Shown here: piece after piece, positions 15,893 through 27,302 of the stretch
Position numbering within the stretch: the first letter of the stretch is position 1
Layout: the number at the start of each line of letters is the position of its first letter
Made by a program: the position numbers and the translations under genes
The notes under the pieces: model-generated
Databases searched by the model: none
What the model was told of the DNA's origin: nothing
The model's input: the letters and a program-made list of their open reading frames with translations, nothing else
Assembly: GCF_009914755.1 (NCBI RefSeq)
Contig: NC_060926.1
Length of the DNA: 64,000 nt
Reading direction: 5' to 3' (one strand)
Source of the DNA: the human T2T-CHM13v2.0 reference genome, Homo sapiens

Positions 15893-18359
15893 GCCGAAGA
15901 GAAAGGACGCTAAAATCTGAGTGCTCAACATTCCCTTCAGAAAGACAAATGTGTCCTCTGAAATGCTGCAGTCCAAGCGGGCCTCTTGACCAAGAAAACA
16001 GTTTTAAAACGAGAAAAAAACAGCTTCATCTGGCATTCAATCAGTTGGGAACTCAGAGGGCGGCGGGGAAGGGGGGACGCTTTTAAGGCCTGGGGGTTCT
16101 CCCCCAGGGAGGCGGGCTGAGGAGGCTTCCGGGATGCCGGCGGGTGGAAGAGAAATCTGGAACCGTTGTAAATATTCATGTGGGGGGATGCCCCTTCACC
16201 CTTCACCCGCCTCTCCCAGCTGCATTCCCCCCTCAGTGATAGTGGGGGAGGGCAAGGCGACTGCCCCACTGTCCTTAGACAAAGGTGATCTCCCCATATT
16301 TTTGTTCTCCAGTCGCTTGACTTAAGAAGTCCATTCCGAAGGCTCTGTAGGGAAGGAACTGGCTCTGGGTGTTTTCCCTGCATTTCTCTTCTTTCGTTTC
16401 TTAAAAGAGCATAAATAATTAAAGTTTGGCAGGGAGGAAAAGCTTTCTTGCAGAACTGTAGTGGCAATAAATGAAATGACTCAGAATCCCTTCCCCAGTC
16501 AGCTTTTACGAGAGCTGCCAGACAGTGTCTGTTCACGTTCTCCAGATACCAGGGGCGCCCTGACAAAGTTAAGGTCAAGTTAGTGTCTTATCTTGGGTGA
16601 CTCAAAATCACCGCATCGCGTCCTGGCGCTGTGCGGAAAGCTCTTTCTCGCGGAGCGGCTGGCTGCGCCCCGAAGGCCTGGTGCGCTCCCTGCGTTTCGG
16701 GTGGGGCCGCGCAGGCAAGGACAAGGCCACAGAGTCGGGGTCTTCACGGTAGGTTCTCGAGCGGGACGCGCGGGTCCGGAGGCTGCGGTTTTCCCTGGGT
16801 TTGGGGAATGGGGGTAGGAACTAGGAGGGAGCTGGGGCCAAAGAGCCAAGCGGGCTGGGACTGGAATGAAAGCGCTCTGGGTTGTGGAGTGGGTCGGGGG
16901 GCAAGGGTCCGCGCTAAGGAGCCGAAAGGGGCCGGCCGCCCCCTTCCCCTATGCACCGGCGCGCCACTGCAGATGGCTCACCCTCCCCCGCCAAATCACT
17001 GCTCCCGCCGGAGCTGCCGTCGCCATGTCGTTGAACTTGAATGGTTCGTCCTCCCCTTTTCCCTCTTCGGCGGTCAGCAGGCTCCATACTGGGGGCGCCG
17101 GGCTGCCTGCACCCCACCCCGTGCCGCCAGTAGAGAGAAGGTGCGAGAATTTTGCGAATCCCCAGACACATAAAGACCCGGGTTGAAGTCCTCGCAGCTG
17201 CCCTGGGTCCTGAGCTACCGCAGGGCCAGTGTGCAGCGTCCAGGGAGCCATTTTAGGAGAGAGATCCAGGGGCGTCGACCACGAGCCCGAAAGGGAGAGG
17301 CTTGGGCCTGGGATGGAGATGGGGAGGCAGATAAGTGTGCTGGGGGTCTGGGTTGAGGAGAAGAATGTCAGCTGGAATCTGGGCGGGGGTGCCAGCTGCG
17401 GGGAGGGAGCACACAAGATGGGCAGTTCTAGTTGGGGGAGGCTCGATGCCCTCCAGTCGCCACAGACCTATTTGCGCAGTGTTGGGGGAGGGAAGAAGAC
17501 ATGGGAAGGGGCGGAGGAAGGAGAGAGGAAGGGAGAAAGGGAGGGAGGAGAAAAAGAGGAAGGGGGGGTACATCAGCCAGAAAATAGATATTAGCTCAGA
17601 CCACCCGCCTTTTCTCTGTCTGTCCGCACGGTGGGCAGAGCGCACAGCACCGGCACTGCAGCAGCCCGGGCCAGGGAGGGAACCAGCATCACAGCCAGCG
17701 CCGCCTGCCCTGGGTATAGGACTGAGGCCCAGGTCCCAGCGCTGGGATTGCCTGGGCGGAGGAATCTTGGGGAAAGGGGCAGCCTCCTGCCCTCGGTTCT
17801 GGGATTTGGGTTTGGGAAGAGACGGTTTACCTTTGAAAAGCGTCTGCTCACTCGGAGGTGGGATCCCAGGCCTTGCCTGGACCCATGGGCTAGGAGAGGG
17901 TCGCGGCAGGCTGGGAGGAGAGTGAGGCCTTGGGGGAGTGGATGGGGTGCCCCACGAAGAGTCTGCCTCAGAGCCAGGTGACACAGAGGGGCTCCAGGAG
18001 GGAGTCAGGCTCCGCTGAGAGCCCTTAGAGAGACAACCTATCTTGGGGGAGGGGCTGAAGTGACCATGCAGACCCAAGGGTACCAGAAGAGCCTCGGGGA
18101 AACGCGGCGTGGATTCGCAGGCCTTGGCGGGGCTCCGAAGCAGTGAAGGGTCTAGGTATAAGGCGGACACCCAGGCTAGGCCTGAAAGCAGAGGGGTGAG
18201 GAGGACGAAGGTGCGAGTGTGTGGGGGTTGTCTCTTGTGGGGAGCCAGCGGGAAGCCAAGCACCCTAAGAGTAGGACTCCAGATCCTTTTGTTCACCAGA
18301 CTCCCCAGATTCTAGGGAGGCTGGGGACCACGGGCTGAGCCCCCTCCTGGCTTCAGTGC

Positions 18360-18620
18360 TGAAGGAGAAGGCAGAGAGGCAACGGGGAGAGAGACAGAGA
18401 CAGTGACACACAGCTTAGAGGAAAGGAGGGGAGAGGATGAGAGGACAGAGAGAGAGAGGAGAAGGGAGACAGGAAAGCAAGAGGAAGGAAGAAGGAAAGC
18501 GGAAAAGAAGAGGAAGGAGAGAAGTGAAGACAGGAGAGAGAAGGGAGAAGACTGAAGAGAAACGAGGCAAGGAGAAAGAGAGACAAGAACAGAGAGGGAA
18601 ACCAGAGAGAAGGGAAGAGA
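18360..18620. repeat. GA-rich (polypurine) low-complexity tract
   Basis: Nearly all A/G on the + strand. Confidence 0.85.
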
Positions 18621-19282
18621 GCCGGGTGGGCACGAAGGCCCCGGCCTGGGTGAGTGCCTAGGTGGTGAATGGCCTGGGTTTTTCCGAGGCCAGCACTCGC
18701 ACCCTTGGGGTCAGAACCGGAAAGAGCCAAGTCACTCCACTCTGAACGCGCTGGGCAGAAAAATATGTAAATCAGGGCTCCCTGCGCCCTGGAGAGTGGC
18801 GAAATTACTCCCGCCCGGTGAACAAGAAGCAACAAGCTCCCAGGCGGGTGAGCTGCAGAGGGTGGCAGAGTCGCGGGGGAGGGAGCGGCTGCAGTAAGGG
18901 GGGTGGGGTTCGGAACCTCACACCCTCACACCTAGTTCCTAGCTTCTAGGGAGCCTGGAGCCGGGGCTTCCCCCCCTCTGCTCGCTGCTTCTCTCCCTTC
19001 CCCCTTCCTCCCCCTCTTCCCCCTCCTTCCTCCTCCCCGCCGGCCTCGGTCCGCGTACTTAAAGCGGCGCGGGAGGGCGGACGCGGGCGGGCGGCCCGTT
19101 CGGGCGGTGGCAGATGCGCCCAGCGGTGACAGCGGCCAGCGGCGCGCAGGTGACCGGCCTGAGGCGCAGCCTGGTCAGGGAGCGCCCGGGGAGAGCTGGC
19201 GGCAGAGGGCAGCCGATCCGCCCCCAGCGCGCGCGTCTCGGCGCCAGGAGCCGTCCCGGGGCGTGTTGGCGAGCGTTGATAT

Positions 19283-19320
19283 AGATATAAGGACATTTCT
19301 CTTCATGGCGTCACGTGACA
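19283..19320 (+). promoter_or_regulatory. HOXD11 proximal promoter elements
   Basis: TATA-like gatatataag, YY1-like CATGGCG and the palindrome GTCACGTGAC (E-box 19312-19317). Confidence 0.6.
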
Positions 19321-19477
19321 TAATTACCACCAGAATCAATCAAGATGAATTGCACGTCAGCGCCCGGTGGGGATTTTTGCTTAGTTGATCCTGGCCCAAG
19401 CCTCTTGTGCAATCGATGGCTCAGGTTGGCTGCGCGGGGAGCGGCCAGAGGCTCGCTGGCGCGCACGCCGCGGAGTC

Positions 19478-20258
19478 ATGAACGACTTTGACGAGTGCGG
19501 CCAGAGCGCAGCCAGCATGTACCTGCCGGGCTGCGCCTACTATGTGGCCCCGTCTGACTTCGCTAGCAAGCCTTCGTTCCTTTCCCAACCGTCGTCCTGC
19601 CAGATGACTTTCCCCTACTCTTCCAACCTGGCTCCGCACGTCCAGCCCGTGCGCGAAGTGGCCTTCCGCGACTACGGCCTGGAGCGCGCCAAGTGGCCGT
19701 ACCGCGGCGGCGGCGGCGGCGGCAGCGCGGGGGGCGGCAGCAGCGGGGGCGGCCCCGGCGGGGGCGGCGGCGGCGCGGGGGGCTACGCTCCCTACTACGC
19801 GGCGGCGGCGGCGGCGGCTGCGGCGGCCGCGGCGGCCGAGGAGGCGGCCATGCAACGCGAGCTTCTCCCGCCCGCGGGCCGCCGGCCGGACGTGCTCTTC
19901 AAGGCGCCTGAGCCGGTGTGCGCTGCGCCGGGGCCGCCGCACGGCCCCGCGGGCGCCGCCTCCAACTTCTACAGCGCGGTGGGCCGCAATGGCATCTTGC
20001 CACAGGGCTTCGACCAGTTCTACGAGGCAGCGCCCGGGCCCCCGTTCGCCGGGCCGCAGCCCCCGCCGCCACCCGCGCCGCCACAGCCCGAGGGCGCAGC
20101 CGACAAGGGCGACCCCAGGACCGGGGCTGGTGGCGGCGGGGGCAGTCCCTGCACCAAGGCGACCCCTGGCTCGGAGCCCAAGGGGGCAGCAGAAGGCAGC
20201 GGTGGCGACGGCGAGGGCCCCCCGGGAGAGGCGGGGGCCGAGAAGAGCAGCAGCGCAG
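19478..20258 (+). CDS. HOXD11: Homeobox protein Hox-D11, coding exon 1
   Basis: ATG at 19478 ([23 protein letters not shown]). Hox11 motifs [12 protein letters not shown] and [16 protein letters not shown], plus poly-Gly and a 13-Ala tract. Donor CAG|GTAGGC after 20258; 781 nt. Confidence 0.97.
19799..19837 (+). repeat. HOXD11: (GCN)13 polyalanine tract in HOXD11
   Basis: 13 consecutive Ala codons after YY. Confidence 0.9.
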
Positions 20259-20778
20259 GTAGGCACCGGGTACTGGGCAAGCGGTGGGCCCGGGGGCCGC
20301 GGGGGAGGGGGGGGGGGCGGAGGCCTCCCTCTGCTTGCGCCTTTTTATGTGCTACTTTATAAGCATTCGAAGAGGTTTATACATCCTATAAGATTTCCTG
20401 GGCCGTTGTAAAGTGTGTTTATGGTAGGAAACCAATTTAGGTGGGCTTAAGGTAGACTTCGAGGAGGACATTAATAGCTGTCGAGAGCCTTTTCCCAGTT
20501 TTGGGCAGGGGGTTGCTAGATACCATGGAGGGAGGGAGGGAGGGAGATTTCAAGCCAGTGTGAGTGCATACACCGGAGCCTCCTGCTTTTAAGGGAGAGA
20601 GGCGGGGGGTGGGGAAGTGGGGGGAGTTTGATCCTTGCACTGGACTTTATCCAAGCCGCTAGCTGACGCGCGCCGCTGGAGTCAAGCAGATGCCCCGGCG
20701 GGCCTGCTCTTGTCTCTGTTCCCTCAGGTTCCAGTTTAGAGCCTGCCTTGCCCTCTGCTTCCCCACCTCCGTGCCAGG

Positions 20779-20781
<3 letters not shown>

Positions 20782-20826
<45 letters not shown>
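20782..20826. repeat. (TG)~22 microsatellite in the HOXD11 intron
   Basis: Direct reading. Confidence 0.95.
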
Positions 20827-20828
<2 letters not shown>

Positions 20829-21034
20829 GGGCGTGAACACATGTCCACGCCCGCACTCTCTCCTGTGCCCGCCCATATATCATCCCCCACGACGCAGGCA
20901 GGGCCTTTCGGCCGCGGCAGAGAACGTCCCCAACGGGGCCAGGGCCTGGCCCTCGCTCAGTGGCCCGGGCGGGCGGGCGGGTGGGGGCTGTCAGGCAGCG
21001 GCCTCTCTCACCCCCTGGTCTCTTTGCCTTGCAG

Positions 21035-21270
21035 TTGCCCCCCAGCGGTCCCGGAAAAAGCGCTGTCCCTATACCAAGTACCAGATCCGCGAACTGGAAC
21101 GCGAGTTTTTCTTTAACGTGTACATAAACAAAGAGAAAAGACTTCAACTCTCTCGGATGCTCAACCTCACTGACCGGCAAGTCAAAATCTGGTTCCAGAA
21201 TCGCAGGATGAAAGAAAAGAAACTGAACAGAGACCGTCTGCAGTATTTCACTGGAAACCCCTTATTTTGA
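21035..21270 (+). CDS. HOXD11: Hox-D11 coding exon 2 (homeodomain)
   Basis: Acceptor tttgccttgcag ends at 21034. Encodes [32 protein letters not shown]...[26 protein letters not shown]. Total 1017 nt = 338 aa. Confidence 0.97.
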
Positions 21271-21744
21271 GAGCTCCAGGAAGCGCCCTCACCCCAGCCC
21301 CACTCACCCACCCTCCTTCCCACCAGCCTGCTCTCCGCAGGCCCACTGTCCTTGGGTTTAATGACGTCTCTTCTCTGTGGAACTTCACGATTCCTTCCCA
21401 CGGTCAACTCGGGACCTCCCAGCGACCACTGCAGCCTGCGGACGAGGCCGGGACTTGGCCGAGCGGATCCTAATAAGGGGAAAATGGTAAATGCAAACGT
21501 CCCGTTACAATTTTACCGCCAGTGTGCTGTCGTTCCCCCTCCCCCTCTCCGAGTCCTCGTGGGGACACGGCGGGGTCTGTAGGAAGTTGGGCCGGGTTGG
21601 GGGTTGCTAGAAGGCGCTGGTGTTTTGCTCTGAGTTTTAAGAGATCCCTTCCTTCCTCTTCGGTGAATGCAGGTTATTTAAACTTTGGGAAATGTACTTT
21701 TAGTCTGTCATATCAAGGCATGAGTCACTGTCTTTTTTTGTGTG

Positions 21745-21750
21745 AATAAA
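21745..21750 (+). terminator. Probable HOXD11 polyadenylation signal
   Basis: AATAAA ~475 nt after the stop. Confidence 0.65.
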
Positions 21751-22483
21751 TGGTTTCTAGTAAAATGGAGGTTACAGCTTCAATACACTGTATGAATTCT
21801 CCTCTTTGAGGTTTAGTGCCTCCTTAGGATATTTTAGTGGCCAGAACCCATGCAACTGAAAATCGAATGAAATACTTTTTAGTCCCACTAAAATAGTAGT
21901 CGTACCCTCCCACCACCTCTAGGTTACACTGGTTTTAAAAATCATGTTAGTGATGAATTTCTGAATTGACGATGTGACCAAGCAATGCTGGCGCTGCCTT
22001 CTCCAGGCAGTAAGGCTGGGGCAGCAGGAACCTAAGAAGAAAACTCCCACCCCCACCACTAGTCTAGTGAACTTGGGATTTCTGAAAAGACAGCAACCAT
22101 TTTTAAAAACTGGTTAGAAAATCCAAATGATCTCTTACAAGCTAACAAGGAGTCACAGTCCCTTAAAAAAGAAGAAACCAAAATTAGAAACTTCCATTGA
22201 AGGGAGAAGTTTTCGAAAAGGAAGTCATCAGTAGGTGGAGAGGGCTTGCTGGTGTCATAAGTGGACCTGGAGTAGGGAAGGTAAACCCTCCCCGCCCCCA
22301 CTGAAATAGGGCCAGGAGCTGCAGACCCTCTCACGGCATTTATCGCTTCAAGTTAAAGAATGTGGTGAGGGCTCTACTGCACTTTATGTTGCAGGGCCAG
22401 GCCAGGCTGTTTACAAAACCTTGAACTGTCTAGACAACACCATAAAAGCCAAAGTTCTAAACAGCTTAATTGGGTTATATTAT

Positions 22484-22497
22484 ACACCTTCTGGTGG
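22484..22497 (-). promoter_or_regulatory. Candidate CTCF site between D11 and D10 (reverse orientation)
   Basis: Minus strand CCACCAGAAGGTGT. Confidence 0.55.
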
Positions 22498-25400
22498 GCC
22501 CAAAAGAGATTTCCGCAATGTGCAATAAACTGGAGAAGTGAGAAAAGCTCTCTCTCTGAAAAGAGTGAAGTGAATCTTATGAGTCTTAACCTCTCCTAAG
22601 CCCAAAGACAAAATATAAATCTATAAATGCACAGTACCCCATGCATCTTCCAAGGAGTCATGCACTTCAAAATGCAATTAAAAAAATTGCTAAGCCTTAT
22701 TTGGGAAGGAAAAAATAAGTGCATAAATGTATGCCTTTGAACTTCCAAAATGTCAAGGTCATCACCTTTAACCTTTCTGAATAATTAGGCGCCTTAAGTT
22801 CTTCTTGATTTTCAGCTGCCACCCACTCTCACACATACATGCTCACACATATAGAGAGCCACACACACATTTATGACCACACAAAATCATACCAGGAGCT
22901 CACCATAAATCTAAGAAAATTCCTAATTTCAGGATCAATAACCTTAATTTCCCTGCAAACGTTTGTGTAATGCAATAGCAGTCAACTTCTTTTTAAAAAT
23001 ACTGATTAGATTAAAATGCCTTCTAGCTGCTTTCACTACAGCTAGGAAAGGCTGAGAATTCTGGCGGGGGGTCTTAAATAGTGGTCCCCTTTGCTTTAAT
23101 GAAGAACTACAGTTTTAAAATCAAGCCTTTGAAAGAGGAAGTTCTGTGCAGCCTTACACCTTCATTAAATTTGAAAGCAATTTGCCACCCTGTGAAATAA
23201 ATTATTGCACTTTCTACAATAAGGAACAAAAGGAAATATAGTTATAATGCTTTTAAAAGCATCCTTTGGTGAAAGATGCAATGGAAACAAAGCCTACAAT
23301 CGAAAAATTTCGTTAAGAAGGGGATTCCTTTGGTATTCTAGACATCGGTTAAAATGTCAGTGCCCTAATAGTGTGATCGTTCCATGAGCTTAAAACTGTT
23401 TTTTTTCTTTCTGTTTCCATCTATTTTTTAAAACTGCATCTAAACGTAGCAAGCTTGTGTGCCCACCACCCAAGGCAAGCCGAACCCGAGATACCATTTT
23501 CCGTTTGCAGGGGCCTGGAGATCCACACGAGGGCGCGCTCACGTTCCAGAAGCCGCGTTTGACCAAGAGGCCGCGGTACCTTGTCTGTCCAACACTGGAT
23601 TCTAATAGGCGACCTCAACCCCTTAGAAACAGGCGGCAGCTAAGGTGTTTGCTAGTTTATTTGTTCTAAGCAGCCATGAGGTGTGAGAAGTTGTATAGAG
23701 ACAGAAAACGGAGCAACTAGATTCACGAAACAGCCTAATCTTTGTCTCTTTAAAGACAAAGCTGTTGCAAAAGAATACCTTGGTATAACCAGATGGTGTG
23801 GAGCAGAGTTTTAAAAGATAAATGTATGCATTTTGAAAGATACCATAGCCACTGCTGGTTAATTAAATTAGGGAAAATCAGTTTTCTTGGTTTCAGTGTG
23901 GAGAGCCTTGTCTAGGGTTGGACACCCCCTACTTAACATCCCCCTCCCCCCCGCAAAAAAAAAAAAAAAAAAAAAAACCTTCATCGGTTTTACCCCCTCT
24001 CAGACCTCCTGGGATGATTAAAAGGCTTTTGTTTATAACAGATCAGGGAGCGGGCCACTTAGCCAAATGTCTCTCAGAAAAAAATAAGACGCATGGGGGA
24101 CTGGGAGAATCGTTCTGGGAGCCCGCGGCCGTGCCTGGAGTGCGCGGCTACCAGTGGCGACCGAGTGGCGCCGGCAGGACTGTGAGTTGGTGTGCCCAGG
24201 CCGGGCTGGGCTGATGCGGACACGGGAGGCAGCAGGCACTCGGGGGAAACGTTTATACTTCAAGGCGTTGTAAAACGGGGAATGTATTTGAAGCAAACGG
24301 GCTTTGCGTTTGACAGAAAACTGGCCACCCTTCCAAGCTGCACGCCGGTCTTGAGCAGAGTTGAATTGTGGCTCTCAGAAGCAGTGCATTCGTTGCGTGC
24401 CCTCCTTCCTCCAGCAAAGCCCCTGACCTTGGGGAGGGCCTGTGTCCCCGTTCGGAGTTCACAAGAGAGGAGACAGGGCTCCCCGACATTGGCCTCTCTA
24501 AGGGAGGATGACTGCCCCCTTTCCCTCCCCGAAGTTCATTGTGAAGAGCCTGCAACCCCCAGAATTAGCGCTGGCCTTGTTGGCCCTCCAAGCCCTGGAC
24601 CAAAGGCCCTGGGGCCTGCCGCTTGCCCCTCTCCCGGAGCTGGCCTCAGCTTTGGTGGGGAGGCCGGGGCTCCAGTGAGCCCCCCGGCGAGGCTCCAACG
24701 AGTGGCGTGGGTGTTCCCCGCAGGCAACCTTGGCTCCACTAGTCTGACCGCCGGTCCACCTTGTCTATAGTGACGCTACCTTTCCCGAGGCTGAACGGGG
24801 TCCTCGGTCTATGTGAAGTGAGAGCTGCCCTCCCTAAATGTCGTTGTCCTCTCAAGGCGGCCCCAGCGGCTGCACATCTGGCTGTGCGGGGGCCCCTTGG
24901 ACTTGGCTGGCAGCCGCCTGCGAAACACCGCTTCTCAGCGGTCTGCAGTTCCTTTCCTCCCTGCGCCCAAGATGGGCCTGACAAGGGCCCGGGATCAGAC
25001 CAGAACCTCTGGGGGCTGAAGACCTCTCCCCACCCCCATCTTACAAAGTGTGTGGGGCTTGCGGAGAGTGGCCTTGGATCCTAAGGCGCCAAGGTCTCAG
25101 ACTCTGAAGTGGAAGGGAAATGCGCGAAGTAGGAGTCTTTTGTGTCTGTGCAGAAGGAGGTTCTCCGGCCGCCGGCCCTTGTTGCACGTCTGGATAGACC
25201 CCTTATTGCATTGGTGGTAGACTCCCCATTTGCCCCCTAGATTTCCTTTCACCTTGGCTTGGAGGTGCACAGTGCAACCCGGAGGAGCGCCCGGGGAAGA
25301 CAGCTTTTAATCGACTCCATCCGCTCTGTCCCCAAAGAGTGACACAGCCCAGAGGTGGCTCAGAACCCTAATCCGGGGTGACCCTAAGAGCCCACAGGTC

Positions 25401-27259
25401 CACTCAGGCCCAGGGCTTCAACTTTTCTTCCAGGAGACAAGAGTGCAGATGCAAGCCACTTTTTGATTACAAATGCTAATTTCTTGTTCAAGCTGTTCTT
25501 TTAATTTTTCCCTGGAAAGAACTGTGGCAGGGAGAAGGGCGTCTTGGTACAAATATGGGTATTCATCTCCTTTATGGTGCAATATTGATTTATTATTAAT
25601 GGTAACTGCTCCAACTGATCTAAAGATGATGGAAAACATCAGCTACATTAAATACTCATAAGCAAAATAAAGGCTGGCCTGTAGAGCACGGCCTTTTTAT
25701 TCCATTTGTCTCACCTCAGCCTTAGAGTCTTAGGCACACTTTCCATCCTTTGGGGCTCGGATCATTCTTTTGTATTATTTCTATCTTGCTCAATTTTTTA
25801 ATGATAAAATATCTCAAAATATTGACAGTCTCTTGTCTCAAGGAGCGGGTCTGAAAGCAGAAATTTTAAAGATAAAAAATAGAATTTTGTGAGAACAGAT
25901 TCAAAATTATGTCTGATATACACATTTTTGTCTGTGAGTAAAAACCTATTTAACTCTAACCAATAAGGGAGTGACTTTGAGCTCAAAGCCACTGAAAGCT
26001 GAAATGGAAAGGTCCCCAAATTCTGAAGACACATCCTGCCTATTCTGGCTCACTGCAGACCTACCCGCCCGCAAGGAATTGCTTGTTTTTAGCCTGTATG
26101 TTTTCTTCATGTATAAATAAAGATTATGAAAGGGCATTTGATGGGCATAAAATTCCCGATTAGATTAAACAGTCTTGCCTTTCTTAGGGTAGGGAAAATT
26201 GGGCAAACAAGTTCCCAGCAGCTCTTCTGGCCAAGAGGCAAAAGGGCGACACTCGATACTGCTGGAGCGCCAAGCTAGTGTCAGGGCGCCTGCGGCAAGC
26301 GAGTGCAGCGGGCACTTCATTCAGCTTTGGGCACGCTTAGCCCTGGCTTGAAACAAGATCTCTACTATGTGAGAAAGCAAATTTCAGGGCGCTGGTCAGT
26401 GGCTGTTAGCTTTGAACAGTACCTTAGCAACCTAGAGTCAAAAGTTATGTTTTGTCTTGTTTTGTTTTTCCGGCCATCCTCAACCCCCACCCCCAAGCTC
26501 GAAAACAGCCACCCCTGTGGAAAGGTAATGTTTAAACCCCAGGCTATGCTGGGATGCTGCAGCCAAAGCAGTTAGAGGCGCCAGGCTTTTAACCTGACAA
26601 TGATGTTGTATTTGAACAGCTGCGTAAAGGTTTAAAAGGTCTGTCTCATTGCCACCGCGGAGTTTTTTAAAAGAGGTTATTGTTTGGGCGAGAGCACCGA
26701 GAGGGAACAGGCGAAAGGGTCCCAAGGCCGAAAATAATGTTCAACGCTTGTTTCAACCAGGCCAGGGGAGATTCCTTTTTGGGAAGAGGGACAAAGGGTT
26801 TTTTGGGAAAGGTTTTTGTAAAGGAGCGGGCGGGCTACTAGGTCCCCCAGAATGCTGAGGCGCTTTAATGAACCTCAGGCCCCAAAGAAATGTTCTATTG
26901 AGGTGGAAACCCAATTTACCCACAAGTTCAGTCTCTGGGCCTGAAATCCAAGGCCAGCCCATGCCCCAGCGAGTACGGGGAAAAGAGAACACAGATGCCC
27001 TCCCGGACTGAGAACTGGTTCATGGTCAGAGTTTCTGGGACCGCTTTAGTTTCTTGGCTGGCAGGAAGGGAACCTGGCAGGCCGAAGGACGGCTCCAAGC
27101 CCTGGCCGGCCCCTCACTCAGGGCAAGTCTTTGGAAATCAAGGTTAAAGCTCCCCGCTGCTGCCCCGAGGCCCGGGCTTCCGCAGGGCGGCTCACCCGCC
27201 TGCAGCAAGAGAGGGAGGGAGGAAGTTGTTGAAGTTTCTCATAAAACTCTGAGTTTCCA

Positions 27260-27302
27260 TGGTGGTAGTGGTGGTAGTGGTGGTAGTGGTGGTAGTGGTG
27301 GT
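27260..27302. repeat. 9-bp tandem repeat (GGTGGTAGT)x4.7
   Basis: Direct reading. Confidence 0.9.

Noticed and set aside
16547-16560. ATACCAGGGGCGCC, and GTAGTAGATGTCGC at ~28745, as CTCF sites
   Set aside because: Only partial consensus matches; cannot be called without a matrix scan or ChIP data.
27260-27302. Tandem 9-mer repeat (GGSGGS or HHYHHY in translation) as a CRISPR-like array or coding linker
   Set aside because: No spacers and a eukaryotic context; it is a simple repeat.
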